DNA of 39,549 bases from Polyangiaceae bacterium (lineage in GTDB: Bacteria > Myxococcota_A > Polyangia > Polyangiales > Polyangiaceae): the NCBI GenBank assembly GCA_044222475.1, contig JBGANF010000074.1, positions 1 through 39,549 on the forward strand, given 5' to 3'. Made by a program: the position numbers and the translations under genes. Positions 1 through 9,571 of this stretch are shown here, in pieces. Positions within the stretch are counted from its first letter, which is position 1. The number at the start of each line of letters is the position of its first letter. Under the pieces are notes generated by a model that saw only the letters and a list, made by a program, of their open reading frames with translations, had not been told where the DNA came from and did no database searches.

Positions 1-547
1 TGCCGTGGCGGCGGCGCGCCACGACGAGCCGGGCACCGTCTTCCGTCCGATCGTCGATCGACACGATGCCGGAGCCGTCGTCGAGGACGAAGTCTCGTCC
101 CACGATGGTACGAAGGCGACCTTCGTACGGAGCGAGGAACCACCACCGGAAGAAGCCGATCGGCAGCGCCGCTTCGGCGTCCTTCCCTCCCCGCCGCACG
201 AGCCCGACCGGCGGGATCGCGAATCGATACGCGTCCGGCGTCACCCACGCGTCGAGCGCCGTCGTTCCGCCGGGCCCGACGAGGATCATTCGCATCGCCT
301 TGTTCGGGGACACCGCGATGGCGCCGCGCCCCTCGAAGAGCTTGCCGGTCCCGGGCTCGCGGAACGAGATCGAGACCTGCTCGACCCACGGCGACGACGG
401 GACGGTGCGTCGGAGCTCCGCGAGGCGCTCGCGAGCGAGCGACCACTCGCGCTGCGTCGGTGGCGCAGCGGGAGGCGCCGGGGCGGCGCACGCGGTCGAG
501 AGGACGCCCGCCACGGCGAGCCCGACGAGCACGCGCGCGGCGTTCAT
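1..547 (-). CDS. Lipoprotein of unknown function, possibly LolB/DUF4292/DUF3261-like fold; 3' end runs off the window
   Basis: Absent from the ORF track and translated by hand. ATG at 547 overlaps the TGA of the KS gene (ATGA). Reads MNAARVLVGLAVAGVLSTA-C (lipobox), then ...FEGRGAIAVSPNKAMRMILVGPGGTTALDAWVT..., open to the window edge. Confidence 0.8.
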   Translation of the reverse strand, partial: MNAARVLVGLAVAGVLSTACAAPAPPAAPPTQREWSLARERLAELRRTVPSSPWVEQVSISFREPGTGKLFEGRGAIAVSPNKAMRMILVGPGGTTALDAWVTPDAYRFAIPPVGLVRRGGKDAEAALPIGFFRWWFLAPYEGRLRTIVGRDFVLDDGSGIVSIDDRTEDGARLVVARRRHG

Positions 548-2685
548 GGCGCGACGAGCAGGATGAAGGTCGCCGAGCCCTCGCTGAGGCCGACGGTGAG
601 CACCGCCGGCGCCGCGCCACCCGCGAGCAGGCGCACGGCGTGCGCGACCGCGCCGCCGCCGGCGGCCTCGTGGTTGCCGGTGAGATCGAGGACGCTGGTC
701 GCCGGTACGTTCGCCCACGGCGTGCCTTCGAGCGCGCGAGCGATCGCGGCGGCGGGCAGCGCAGCGACGACGATCGCGCCGACGGGCGGCGGCCCGAGCG
801 CGCTGCGAGACGTCCCGATCGACGCGACGCGAGCGAGCGCGCGAGCGCCGCGCGCCTTCGCGGCCGACGCCCGCTCGAGGACGACGGCGCTCGCCCCCTC
901 GCTGCGAGGGAGCGGCGAAAGGTCCCCGTGAAAGAGCGGAAAGAAGATCGCGTCGATGAGGGCGCTCTTCACCGCGAGCCCGCCGCAGACGATGGACTCG
1001 ACCTCCCCGGCCGCGACCATCTCGAACGCCGTGGCGATGGCGCTCTCGGCGCTCGCCCGGAGATCGGCGGTCGCGAGCGCGGGGCCGGCGAGGCCCAGGT
1101 AGACGGACGCGTTGCCGATGGGCGAGCTTGGTACCAAATTGGGAAAATCGATGGGGCTCGCGAGGCGCGGGCCCTTGTCGCGCACGCGCTGAAGGAAGGT
1201 CGCCGACTCGTCGACGGCGCTGAACGCCGAGCCGAAGACGATCCCGACCGTCGGTGTCGACACCGTGGTCGCCCCGGTGAGCGCCGCCTCGTCGAGAGCG
1301 GCCCGCGCGGCAACGACGCAGAGCTTCGCCGACCGATCGAAGCGGCGCGATCGTGCGTCGAGCGCGAGCACCGCGTCGGGGACGCTCCCGGTCGGCGGGT
1401 TTGCGGGGACGTCGGCCCCGCTCTCGATGCCGTTCGGTCCGACGATCGCCGCGCCGGTCACGACGACCTCGTGGACGTCGAGCGCGGGCTCGGCGAAGGC
1501 CCCGGGCTCGGTGACGACGACCGCCGCGTCCATCCCGCCGAAGCCGAACGAGTTGGAGAGCACCGCGCGCACTCGACCCACGCTCCGCGCCTCGCGCAGG
1601 TGGACGAGCGGGCACTCCGGATCCACGTCGACGAGCCCGGCGGTGGGGGGAAGCGTCTTCTTCGCGAGCGCGAGGACGGAGATCGCCGCCTCGATCGCGC
1701 CGGCGGCGGCCAGCGTGTGACCGATCTGAGCCTTGGAGCTCGACACCGGGATCCGAGCGAGCTCGGCGCCGAGGGCGAGCGCGAGCGCGCTCGACTCGGT
1801 GCTGTCGTTCAGCGGCGTGGCGGTGCCGTGGGCGTTCACGTAGTCGACGTCGCTCGGGCGGACTCCGGCGCGCGCGAGCGCGGCGGAGATGATGCGGGCC
1901 GCGCTCGGCCCTCCCGGCTCCGGGTTCGTGATGTGGTGCGCTTCGGCGCCGAGGGTGACCGCGGCCAGCTCGGCGAGCACGGTGGCCTTGCGGGCGCTCG
2001 CGCGCTCGGCGCGCTCCACCACGAGGAACCCCGCCCCTTCGCCGAGGTTCAGCCCGCGCCTCGCGACGTCGAACGGACGACACGGCTCCGGGTCGATCGC
2101 ACCGAGCGCGTTGAAGCCGCTCAGCGTGAGCCGACACAGTCCATCGGCGCCGCCGGCGAGCACTGCGTCGAGCGTCGGATCTTCGAGCAGCCAGTCGATG
2201 GCGAGCGCGAGCGCGGTCGCACCGCTCGAGCACGCCGACGCCACGTTGCGGTCGCGCGCGAACGGGCCGAGCGCCGCTTGCAGCGCCGTCGTCGTCGAGG
2301 ACATGGGGAACGATCGAAGCCTCGGCTTCGGCTCGCGGGGCACGTCGCCCGCCCACATCGCCGCGACCTCGACCTCGTTCTCGAAGAGACCGGCCGTCGT
2401 CGCCCCGACGACGAGACCGACGCGCGCGCTCTTCGGGTCGACGCCGGCCTGGGCGAGCGCCTCGGCGCCGGCACGCGCCGCGAACGCGGTCGCGCGCGAC
2501 CAGTCGTCCCCGGCCGGCACCGGCACTCCGCGCACCACCGCCCCCAGCGCCGCGCGTTGGGCGCTGACGTCGAAGACGTCGATGGTGGACAGGCCGCGCT
2601 CACCGGAGGCGAGGCGGCGGAAGGTCTCCTCCGCCGAAGCGCCGAGCGAGCTGACGATGCCCACTCCGGTGACGACGACTCTCAT
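544..2685 (-). CDS. Beta-ketoacyl-ACP synthase fused to a catalytically inactive KS-like (chain-length-factor-like) domain
   Basis: The N-terminal ~400 aa has SACSSG (catalytic Cys), AHGTAT, KAQIGHT and SNSFGFGG. The second half restarts a KS fold (VVVTGAAIVGPNG...RRFDR...SPIDFPNLVPSS) but lacks the Cys and both His motifs. Confidence 0.9.
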   Translation of the reverse strand: MRVVVTGVGIVSSLGASAEETFRRLASGERGLSTIDVFDVSAQRAALGAVVRGVPVPAGDDWSRATAFAARAGAEALAQAGVDPKSARVGLVVGATTAGLFENEVEVAAMWAGDVPREPKPRLRSFPMSSTTTALQAALGPFARDRNVASACSSGATALALAIDWLLEDPTLDAVLAGGADGLCRLTLSGFNALGAIDPEPCRPFDVARRGLNLGEGAGFLVVERAERASARKATVLAELAAVTLGAEAHHITNPEPGGPSAARIISAALARAGVRPSDVDYVNAHGTATPLNDSTESSALALALGAELARIPVSSSKAQIGHTLAAAGAIEAAISVLALAKKTLPPTAGLVDVDPECPLVHLREARSVGRVRAVLSNSFGFGGMDAAVVVTEPGAFAEPALDVHEVVVTGAAIVGPNGIESGADVPANPPTGSVPDAVLALDARSRRFDRSAKLCVVAARAALDEAALTGATTVSTPTVGIVFGSAFSAVDESATFLQRVRDKGPRLASPIDFPNLVPSSPIGNASVYLGLAGPALATADLRASAESAIATAFEMVAAGEVESIVCGGLAVKSALIDAIFFPLFHGDLSPLPRSEGASAVVLERASAAKARGARALARVASIGTSRSALGPPPVGAIVVAALPAAAIARALEGTPWANVPATSVLDLTGNHEAAGGGAVAHAVRLLAGGAAPAVLTVGLSEGSATFILLVAP

Positions 2686-2691
2686 CGGGGA

Positions 2692-2961
2692 CTACCGCGG
2701 GCTCTTCGCCGAGATGTGGTCCGCCAGGGCGGCCACGGACCGGAAGATCGGCCTGGCCTCGTCCCCCTCGGGGATGCGTACGCCGAAGCGCTCCTCGATG
2801 CTCATCGCGAGCTGGAGGGCGTCGAGGGAGTCCAGCCCGAGCCCCTCCCCGAACAGGGGGGCCTCGTCCTCGATCGACGCCGGGTCACGCCCCTCGAGGT
2901 TGAGCTCCTTCACGATCAACGCCTTGATGTCACTACGGAGTGAGGAAAGTTCTGGGCTCAT
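2692..2961 (-). CDS. Acyl carrier protein (aryl-polyene/type II PKS-like subfamily)
   Basis: Phosphopantetheine motif PLFGEGLGLDSLDALQL. Start placed at ATG 2961 (MSPELSS), 89 aa. Confidence 0.9.
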   Translation of the reverse strand: MSPELSSLRSDIKALIVKELNLEGRDPASIEDEAPLFGEGLGLDSLDALQLAMSIEERFGVRIPEGDEARPIFRSVAALADHISAKSPR

Positions 2962-3075
2962 CGACTTGGCCGGGCGAAACATAGCAAACACCGGGCCATG
3001 CTCAAACCGTGGCCGTGGCTTGCGGGTTCTGGGGCCCGGGCGCTATACCGGGGCCGGCGAAAGAGGCGGACAGTC

Positions 3076-3870
3076 ATGGGAACGCTCGTCAACTATTCGA
3101 CGGACAAGGGGGTCGCCGTCATCACTCTTAATGACCCCCCGGTCAACGCGTACAGCTACGAGATGCTCAAGGAGCTCGACTCCGCGATCCTCGAGGCGCG
3201 CTTCGACAACGACGTCCACGTGCTCCTGGTCACCGGCCACGGGGAGAAGTTCTTCTGCGCCGGCGCCAACATCAACATGCTCCGCGAGAGCGACGGCACG
3301 TTCAAATACTACTTCTGCCTCCACGCCAACGAGACGCTGCTCCGGCTCGAAAACACGCCGAAGCTCTGCATCGCGGCCCTGAACGGTCACACCGTCGGCG
3401 GTGGGCTCGAGGTGGCGCTGGCCTGCGATCTTCGGGTCGCGCGCAAGGGGAACTTCCAGATCGGCCTCCCCGAGGTCGCGCTCGGCGTCCTGCCCGGCAC
3501 CGGCGGGACGCAGCGTCTCTCGCGGATCGTCGGTCGCGCCAAGGCGATCGAGCTCATGGTCGAGGGGACGAACGTGACGATGGAGCAGGCGCAGGGCTTC
3601 GGGCTCGTCCACAAGGTCTGGGACACCGAGAACCACGCCGCCTTCATGCGCAAGGCCCTCGACTACGCGCACGGGTTCACGCCCCCCAACAAAGCTTCGC
3701 TCGCGGTCGGGCGGATCAAGCGGGCGGTCCACAGCGGGATGGAAATGTCGCTGGAGCAGGGGCTGGCGCTCGAGCGCGAGCTCCAGGCCGAGCTCTTCGC
3801 GTCGGGCGACGCGAAGGAAGGCCTTACGGCGTATACCCAGAAGCGAAAGCCCACGTTCAAGGCGCGCTGA
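3076..3870 (+). CDS. Enoyl-CoA hydratase/isomerase (crotonase) family protein
   Basis: Motifs FFCAGANI, GGGLEVALACD and LPEVALGVLPGTGGTQRL. ATG 3076 follows AAGAGG. Confidence 0.92.
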   Translation: MGTLVNYSTDKGVAVITLNDPPVNAYSYEMLKELDSAILEARFDNDVHVLLVTGHGEKFFCAGANINMLRESDGTFKYYFCLHANETLLRLENTPKLCIAALNGHTVGGGLEVALACDLRVARKGNFQIGLPEVALGVLPGTGGTQRLSRIVGRAKAIELMVEGTNVTMEQAQGFGLVHKVWDTENHAAFMRKALDYAHGFTPPNKASLAVGRIKRAVHSGMEMSLEQGLALERELQAELFASGDAKEGLTAYTQKRKPTFKAR

Positions 3871-3913
3871 GCCGCGACGGAACTTTCGCCGCCCGTCGGC
3901 CGTAGTCTCGCTC

Positions 3914-4966
3914 ATGCGCTTTCGCTTCATCGTCCTCCTGGCCGCGGCCGCCTGCAGCCGCTCGAGCACGGAGGCGCCCGCCGTCGCCCTGCCGGCGCCG
4001 ACCGCTCTGCCCTCCGGGTCGGTCGCGCTGGCGAAGCCTCCCCCTCCTCCCCCCGAGCCGACCGCCGATCCGTCGACGCAGGTCGCAGCGCCGGCTCCGG
4101 TCCCCGGGATCCCTCCGGGAGGTTTCCTCGTACCCGGGCCGACGAACCCGCCGCTGCCGGCGCAGTTCGCGTCGAACCTCGTCCACTCGGTGCAGCTCGA
4201 CGCGGACCATGCATACTACACGGATTCGCGCGGGTTCCTCTGGTCGTCGCCGAAGGACGGCAGCGCGAAGCCGACGCAGGTGGCCGCGCGGGCGATGATG
4301 TTCTTCGTCGACGCGACGACGGTGACGTACGTGTCGGGGAAGAGCGTGATGCGCGTCGCGAAGACCGGCGGCACGCCGACGACGCTGGTGACCGAGCACG
4401 AAGATCCCGTGCACATCGTGACCGACGGCACGTCGATCTTCTACTCGCTGTTCGACGGCACGCCGATCCGCAAGCTGCCGTACGCCGGCGGCGCGTCGGT
4501 CGCGATCCACCCCGGCATCAAGAGCGGCGCCCTCGCGGTCGACGCGCAGTACCTCTACGTCGCCGACTACTCGAAGGGCACCGTCACCCGCGTCGCCAAA
4601 GCGGGCGGAACGCCGACGCTCGTCGCGTCGGTCTCGACCGGGGTCGGTCTCCTCGTCGACGAGAAGTTCCTCTACGTCACCAGCGAGAAGGACGGCTCGG
4701 TGCGGCGCGTGCCGAAGGCCGGCGGCACGGTCGACGTGCTCGCGCGCGGCGCGGTGAACCACGACCAGCCCGCGCAGGACGCCACGTACGTCTACTGGAC
4801 GAGCGGAGGCCAGGACATGGCGCTCTTCCGCGCGAAGAAGGACGCCACCGGGCGGCCCGAGATGGTGCACTCGGTCGTCGGCAACCCGAACCAGATCGCG
4901 CTCGACGAGACGCGGTTCTTCGTCACCGGCAACAACGGCGTGATGGTGTTCCCGAAGACGCCGTGA
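3914..4966 (+). CDS. Lipoprotein with Pro-rich linker and beta-propeller repeats
   Basis: Lipobox LAAAA-C and a Pro-rich stalk, followed by ~40-aa repeats of the type LAVDAQYLYV...V.RV.K.GG.P..L. Confidence 0.82.
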   Translation: MRFRFIVLLAAAACSRSSTEAPAVALPAPTALPSGSVALAKPPPPPPEPTADPSTQVAAPAPVPGIPPGGFLVPGPTNPPLPAQFASNLVHSVQLDADHAYYTDSRGFLWSSPKDGSAKPTQVAARAMMFFVDATTVTYVSGKSVMRVAKTGGTPTTLVTEHEDPVHIVTDGTSIFYSLFDGTPIRKLPYAGGASVAIHPGIKSGALAVDAQYLYVADYSKGTVTRVAKAGGTPTLVASVSTGVGLLVDEKFLYVTSEKDGSVRRVPKAGGTVDVLARGAVNHDQPAQDATYVYWTSGGQDMALFRAKKDATGRPEMVHSVVGNPNQIALDETRFFVTGNNGVMVFPKTP

Positions 4967-4975
4967 CGTCGGCTC

Positions 4976-6406
4976 TCAGCCGGTGCGGGCGAACAGCTTG
5001 CCGTAGTGATCCGCGATGGCCTCGCCGCCGAGGCGACCGAAGAACGCGGAGTACGCCATCCACACCGCGAGGCTGTTGAGATCGCGGAACATCGACGGCA
5101 AATAGCGCGGCGGGCGGACGACGCCGTCGTGCACGCGCTGCGCGAGGATCGGCACGTCCTCGTGGGCGACCTTGCCGACGAAGAGGAACGGGATGAGGTC
5201 GGCGCGGTTGTGCTGGATCGCGCTCCGGATGAACGCGTAGTTCAGCACGATGCCCTTGCAGTAGCAGGCGTCCTTGGTGAACGGCGCGCCGCCCTCGACG
5301 ACGCCTCCGCGGTAGATGCGCCGCGTGTTGTGGTAGCACTCGTCCTCGTCGTAGCCCTCGGTGCGGAACCACTCGAAGACGTCGAGGAAGCTCGCGCCGT
5401 CCTCCGCCTTGTCGACGGCGAGGACGCGGTCGTTCAAGCGGCGCGCGCGGCGCGGATAGGTGCGCAGCGTGAAGATCTCGAGCAGAGCGGCGAGCCCCTC
5501 TTGTACCGAAGTGGTACGAGGCGGCCCCTTCGCGAGCCACTTCGCGACCGACTGTTGCTGGCCGTTGAGCGACGTCGCGACGTGGACCCACCCTTCGTGC
5601 ACCTCGAGGATGTCGATGTCGCGCGGAGAGAACATCGCGCCGGTGCGCACCTTCACGTAGTCGTTCCCTGCAGCCGCGTCGGCGACGATGGAGTCGTCGG
5701 CCGAGACGCGGACGGTCGTGTCCGAGAAGTACGTCGCGAAGCGCTCGTTCAGCATCGCAGCCGCCGCCTCGGCGGTGATGGTGCGCTCGAAGAACGGACC
5801 GAGGAGGTTGTCGTCGACGTTGGTGAGGATCTCGTAGAGGAGATGGCCGAGGTCGCGCACCGAGGAGCGCCCGTCGGGGAACTTGTCCTTCGGCGACCCG
5901 TAGAGCTTGCGCGAGAACGCGTAGAACGACGGCGTGCCGCGGGTGGCGAGCATGCGCACGACGTCGCGGTACTCGAGCGCGGTCGTCGTCATGATCTGGC
6001 CGATGGCGTCGGTCTCGCCGAGCTCGCGGTCGATGTCGCGGGCGATGGCCTCGAACTCCTCGGCCTTGGCGCGCGGATCGAAGCCGAGGTCGAACCGTTC
6101 GTAGTACGCCGCGTCGATCTTCGGCATCTCGCGGTACTTCGAGCGGACGAACTGCTCCTCGATCGCGTTGTCCCAGCGAATCGACTGCAGCACGCGGATC
6201 GGGCGCTGGGCCTCGACGATCTTCGCCGCGAGCTGGGCGACGATCTCCTTGTACGTCCGCCAGGGTCCGGCCGGCGGCGGCGGCGGGATCGACGGGATGT
6301 CCTCCTCGACGAGCTGCTCGGCCGACTTGGGCGGCGGCGGCTCGTCCTTCTCTTTCGCCTCGCGCTTGGGCGCCGGCTTGCGCTCTTCGTCCGCCTTGTC
6401 TGGCAT
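4976..6406 (-). CDS. QEGLA-motif / DUF1704 metallopeptidase (MATCAP-related)
   Basis: HEGWVH (HExxxH) followed by QEGLA and FTKDACY. Start placed at MPDKADEE (ATG 6406; 6415 is an alternative). Confidence 0.88.
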   Translation of the reverse strand: MPDKADEERKPAPKREAKEKDEPPPPKSAEQLVEEDIPSIPPPPPAGPWRTYKEIVAQLAAKIVEAQRPIRVLQSIRWDNAIEEQFVRSKYREMPKIDAAYYERFDLGFDPRAKAEEFEAIARDIDRELGETDAIGQIMTTTALEYRDVVRMLATRGTPSFYAFSRKLYGSPKDKFPDGRSSVRDLGHLLYEILTNVDDNLLGPFFERTITAEAAAAMLNERFATYFSDTTVRVSADDSIVADAAAGNDYVKVRTGAMFSPRDIDILEVHEGWVHVATSLNGQQQSVAKWLAKGPPRTTSVQEGLAALLEIFTLRTYPRRARRLNDRVLAVDKAEDGASFLDVFEWFRTEGYDEDECYHNTRRIYRGGVVEGGAPFTKDACYCKGIVLNYAFIRSAIQHNRADLIPFLFVGKVAHEDVPILAQRVHDGVVRPPRYLPSMFRDLNSLAVWMAYSAFFGRLGGEAIADHYGKLFARTG

Positions 6407-6449
6407 TGCTCTCATCGTACGAGAATTCGCGTGCATCATGCAAAGGAAC

Positions 6450-7751
6450 TCACTCGAGCAGCGCCCCGATTTCGCCCGCGATCTCGGCGCGGGTGCGGGC
6501 GAGCTCGGCCGCCATGGGATCGCGACGCACGACGAGCGCCCGGAGCGCGCCGCGCGCATCGGTCAACGCCTCGTCCCAGAGCAGCGCGACGAGGCCGAGC
6601 ACGGCGGCGATCGGGACGACGCTCGCGCCGGCGATCGGCCCGAAGCGCACTCCAACCGCCACCGCCTCGGCGGACCACGCGACGGCGAGCAGCAAGGCAC
6701 CTCCCAGGAGCTTCGCGGTGCCGAGCACGTCCTCTTCGTGGGTCACCCGAGCCGCGAGGCGCCCGGCGAGGCGATACGGAACCCATCCGAGCGCCGCCCC
6801 GGCCACGGCGAGCGGGCTCGTCGCGAGGAGGAGCAACGCGCGCGCGAAGATGGCCCGCTTCTTCACCCGCGGCGTCTCGATCGCCCAAGGGTCGTCGATG
6901 CCGAGGAGCGTCATCGTCTCGAGGTACTTTCGGCAACGCTCGACGAGCGCCTCGGTGCGCGCCGGCTCGCGCGTCATCGCGCTTCGGTAGCCGTCGAGCA
7001 GGCGCTTGGCGCCGGCGCGCTGGTCGGCGAGCTCGTCCTGGCTGGCGGCCGGTTCGACGAGAGCGCGAGCGAGGCGGGTCGCTCCCTCGAGGAGCTCGCG
7101 CGTCTCGGCTTGGAGCACGACGTCGTCCATCGCGCGACGCAGCTCGGCGGTGAGCTCCGTCGCGGCGGCGCGGTCGTCCTCTCGCTGCCGCGCGGCGAAC
7201 CGCGCGACCGCGATCGGCTCGCCGAGGACGACGTGCGCGCCGGAGCGGAACGTGGACTTCGACTCGTAGAAGAGGCCCACCGGGACGATGCGCAGCCCGA
7301 GCCCGAAGTCGCGCTCGGCCTCGGCCGACAACGCGATCCGCGCCGCGCCGGTGCGAAGCGGCTTCATCGTCGGATCGGAGTGGGACGTCCCCTCGGGGAA
7401 GAGCGCGAGCGCGCCTCCGCGAGCGAGGAGCGCTCGGCACCGCGCGAACGTCTCTTCGTTCTTCCCGCCGCGATCTCCGCCTTCGGCGTCGCGCTGCCGG
7501 TACACGGGGATAGCGTCGAACGCGGCGAGGACGAAGCGCGTGAACGCGTTCGAGAACAGCGTGCTCTTGGCGAGAAACGCGACCGGCCTACCGAGCGCGA
7601 GGCGAAGGACGAGCGGATCGAGGAGCGCGTTCGGGTGATTCGGCGCGAGGATCACCGGGCCGGTGCCGAGTCGATCGAGCCCTTCGCAGGTCCGCTTCGG
7701 GTAGTAGAGGCGCACGAGCGCCTGCGCCGCTGCGCGGACGAGCGCCTTCAC
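6450..7751 (-). CDS. Lysophospholipid/glycerol-3-phosphate acyltransferase (PlsC-type domain) with C-terminal membrane helices
   Basis: NHPNALLD (HxxxxD), FLAKSTLF and FPEGTS motifs; hydrophobic C-terminus. Confidence 0.9.
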   Translation of the reverse strand: MKALVRAAAQALVRLYYPKRTCEGLDRLGTGPVILAPNHPNALLDPLVLRLALGRPVAFLAKSTLFSNAFTRFVLAAFDAIPVYRQRDAEGGDRGGKNEETFARCRALLARGGALALFPEGTSHSDPTMKPLRTGAARIALSAEAERDFGLGLRIVPVGLFYESKSTFRSGAHVVLGEPIAVARFAARQREDDRAAATELTAELRRAMDDVVLQAETRELLEGATRLARALVEPAASQDELADQRAGAKRLLDGYRSAMTREPARTEALVERCRKYLETMTLLGIDDPWAIETPRVKKRAIFARALLLLATSPLAVAGAALGWVPYRLAGRLAARVTHEEDVLGTAKLLGGALLLAVAWSAEAVAVGVRFGPIAGASVVPIAAVLGLVALLWDEALTDARGALRALVVRRDPMAAELARTRAEIAGEIGALLE

Positions 7752-7761
7752 CCACGCGCCC

Positions 7762-8451
7762 TCATCCCGACGAGGCGATGAACCGCTCGAGCTCGGCGAC
7801 GTCGCCCGGGTCGTCCGGGACGGCGATCAGCTCGACGATGAGCTCGCGGCCGCGCGGGTGAAGGAAGCGCGCGTTGCAGCGAGCCGTGTCCTCGTGTCGA
7901 TCGATGAAGACCTCGCCTCGGGTGAAGCCTTCGAGGAAGAGCGTCGCGCTCTTGAGGCGTGCGCCGAGGAGGAGCGGGATCGTCGCGCGATCGATGACGC
8001 CGTCGCGAAGGCCGAGCCGATAGCGCTCGACGAGCTTGCCCTCGCGTAGGTTGCGCTCTTCGGTGATGCGCTGGACCCAGCCGATGCGCGCAGCGCGCTC
8101 GTCGGGGCCGAGCTCCGTCTCGTCGGCGAGGAGCTCGGGCTCGCTCCACACGTCCTCGAGCGGCGTGTCGGGTCCTTCGGGTGCGAGCACGACGCGAACG
8201 ATGACGTGGCCGGGTCCGCCGAGCATCGCGTTCACGTCGACGTCGATCGAGTGTGCGCGCTCGCCGGTGCGGAGCTCGAGCGCAGCGAGCGCTCCGTCGA
8301 GGTTGTTCGACCCCGGCGATCGACGCACGACGGACTCGTCGTTCTCGGCGACGGTCTTCATCCGGCGCGTGGCGCACCGCGGGCACACGAGCCCCTCCGC
8401 GGGGACGGGATCGTTGCATTCGGAGCAGCGAAGGAGCGCGGCTTCAGCCAT
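7762..8451 (-). CDS. Hypothetical protein with N-terminal zinc ribbon
   Basis: CSEC-x10-CPRC at the N-terminus; fits between co-oriented genes; the remainder is not recognised. Confidence 0.7.
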   Translation of the reverse strand: MAEAALLRCSECNDPVPAEGLVCPRCATRRMKTVAENDESVVRRSPGSNNLDGALAALELRTGERAHSIDVDVNAMLGGPGHVIVRVVLAPEGPDTPLEDVWSEPELLADETELGPDERAARIGWVQRITEERNLREGKLVERYRLGLRDGVIDRATIPLLLGARLKSATLFLEGFTRGEVFIDRHEDTARCNARFLHPRGRELIVELIAVPDDPGDVAELERFIASSG

Positions 8452-8566
8452 CAGGAGCGCGGATCAATCCGCATCGTCCAATGCACCATGCTCCGCGGCA
8501 CTCCGCAAGGCGGGGCTCCACCTACCCGTGACCACATCGGGCGCCGGGAAGGCCGTAAAGACGGCG

Positions 8567-9571
8567 TCAGCGGGCGCGGAGGAGCTTCGGGTGGCGGAGC
8601 TTCAGGGCCCCCAGCGCCAGAAAGCCGATGAGAACCGCGAACCACAGCGTCGCGAAGCGGACGAGCATCATGGCGGCGGTGCTCGTCGCTGCGCCGACTT
8701 TGCCGGCCTGGATCATCTGCTCGCGCAGGCCTTCTTCGGTGACGCCGAGCCCGCCGGGTACCGGGATGATCGCGCCGGCGAGCGTGCTCGTCGCGTAGAA
8801 GAAGAAACAGAGCGTGACGGAGACCTGCTCGCCGAAGCCGCGCAGGATGACCCACAGCGCGAGGCACTCGAGCGACCACGCGCCGATCGACAAGAGCGTC
8901 GGCAGGATCAGGTTCTTCGGCGCGACGAGGATCGTGAGCGACTCGTAAGCCTGCTCGAGCTTCGGTCCGATCTTGCGGAACGGACCGGGCAGCCGCGAGA
9001 CGAACGCGATGATGCGCATCGACAGCGAGCGCGACGCGATCACGACGAGCAGCGACGCGACGAGCGCGGCGCCGAACCCCGCGACGAAGAGCCCGCCGTG
9101 GAAGCCGAGCGAGCCGAGCACGATGAGCACGATGATGCCGATCAGATCGGTGACGCGCTCGGCGACGACGATGGGTGCCGTCTTGGGCATCGGCACGTCG
9201 TAGGTGTCGTGGAGGACGAGCGACTTGAAGACCTCGCCGACCTTGCCAGGGCTCACGGTGAGCACGAAGCCGGAGAGGAACGTGAGGAAGCTGTCGACCT
9301 TCTTCACGCCGCGGATGTCGAGCTTGGCGAGGTAGAACTCCCACTTGAGGAAGCGCAGGACGTAGTTGCCGAACGCGAGCCCGCACGCGGCGGCGAACGC
9401 CGACCAATGGAAGACCTCGAGGCCGGCGCGCAGCTTCGCGAAGCCAGTGACCATCGCGTAGACGGCATAGAGCGCGACGAACAGAAACAGCGCGACGAGC
9501 ACGCGGCCGAAGTTGATCGGGCGCGTGGCCTTCACCGGCTCGGGACTGGGTTCGACGTCGGCAGAGAGCAT
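8567..9571 (-). CDS. Lysylphosphatidylglycerol synthase TM / flippase-like (UPF0104) membrane protein
   Basis: Multiple TM segments; SPGKVGEVFK, AERVTD and PGGLGVTE motifs. Confidence 0.88.
   Translation of the reverse strand: MLSADVEPSPEPVKATRPINFGRVLVALFLFVALYAVYAMVTGFAKLRAGLEVFHWSAFAAACGLAFGNYVLRFLKWEFYLAKLDIRGVKKVDSFLTFLSGFVLTVSPGKVGEVFKSLVLHDTYDVPMPKTAPIVVAERVTDLIGIIVLIVLGSLGFHGGLFVAGFGAALVASLLVVIASRSLSMRIIAFVSRLPGPFRKIGPKLEQAYESLTILVAPKNLILPTLLSIGAWSLECLALWVILRGFGEQVSVTLCFFFYATSTLAGAIIPVPGGLGVTEEGLREQMIQAGKVGAATSTAAMMLVRFATLWFAVLIGFLALGALKLRHPKLLRAR

Noticed and set aside
460..2943. Long antisense and alternate-frame ORFs (also 5006-7153, 8036-9916, 19766-21676, 28489-30219, 30060-31763, 31156-32877, 37183-38613)
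   Set aside because: Arg/Ala/Gly-rich shadows expected at high GC where stops are scarce; each overlaps a gene with clear family motifs.
3076..3870. Crotonase as part of a benzoyl-CoA (box) pathway or a PKS beta-branching cassette
   Set aside because: No boxABC or HMG-CoA synthase-like gene is present in the window, so the substrate cannot be assigned.
8452..8566. Intergenic segment with GGTGGAGCC (minus strand), faintly like the repeat end, or a possible ncRNA
   Set aside because: The similarity covers only ~8 nt, the CTCTCCCC hairpin is absent and no recognisable RNA family fold is seen.
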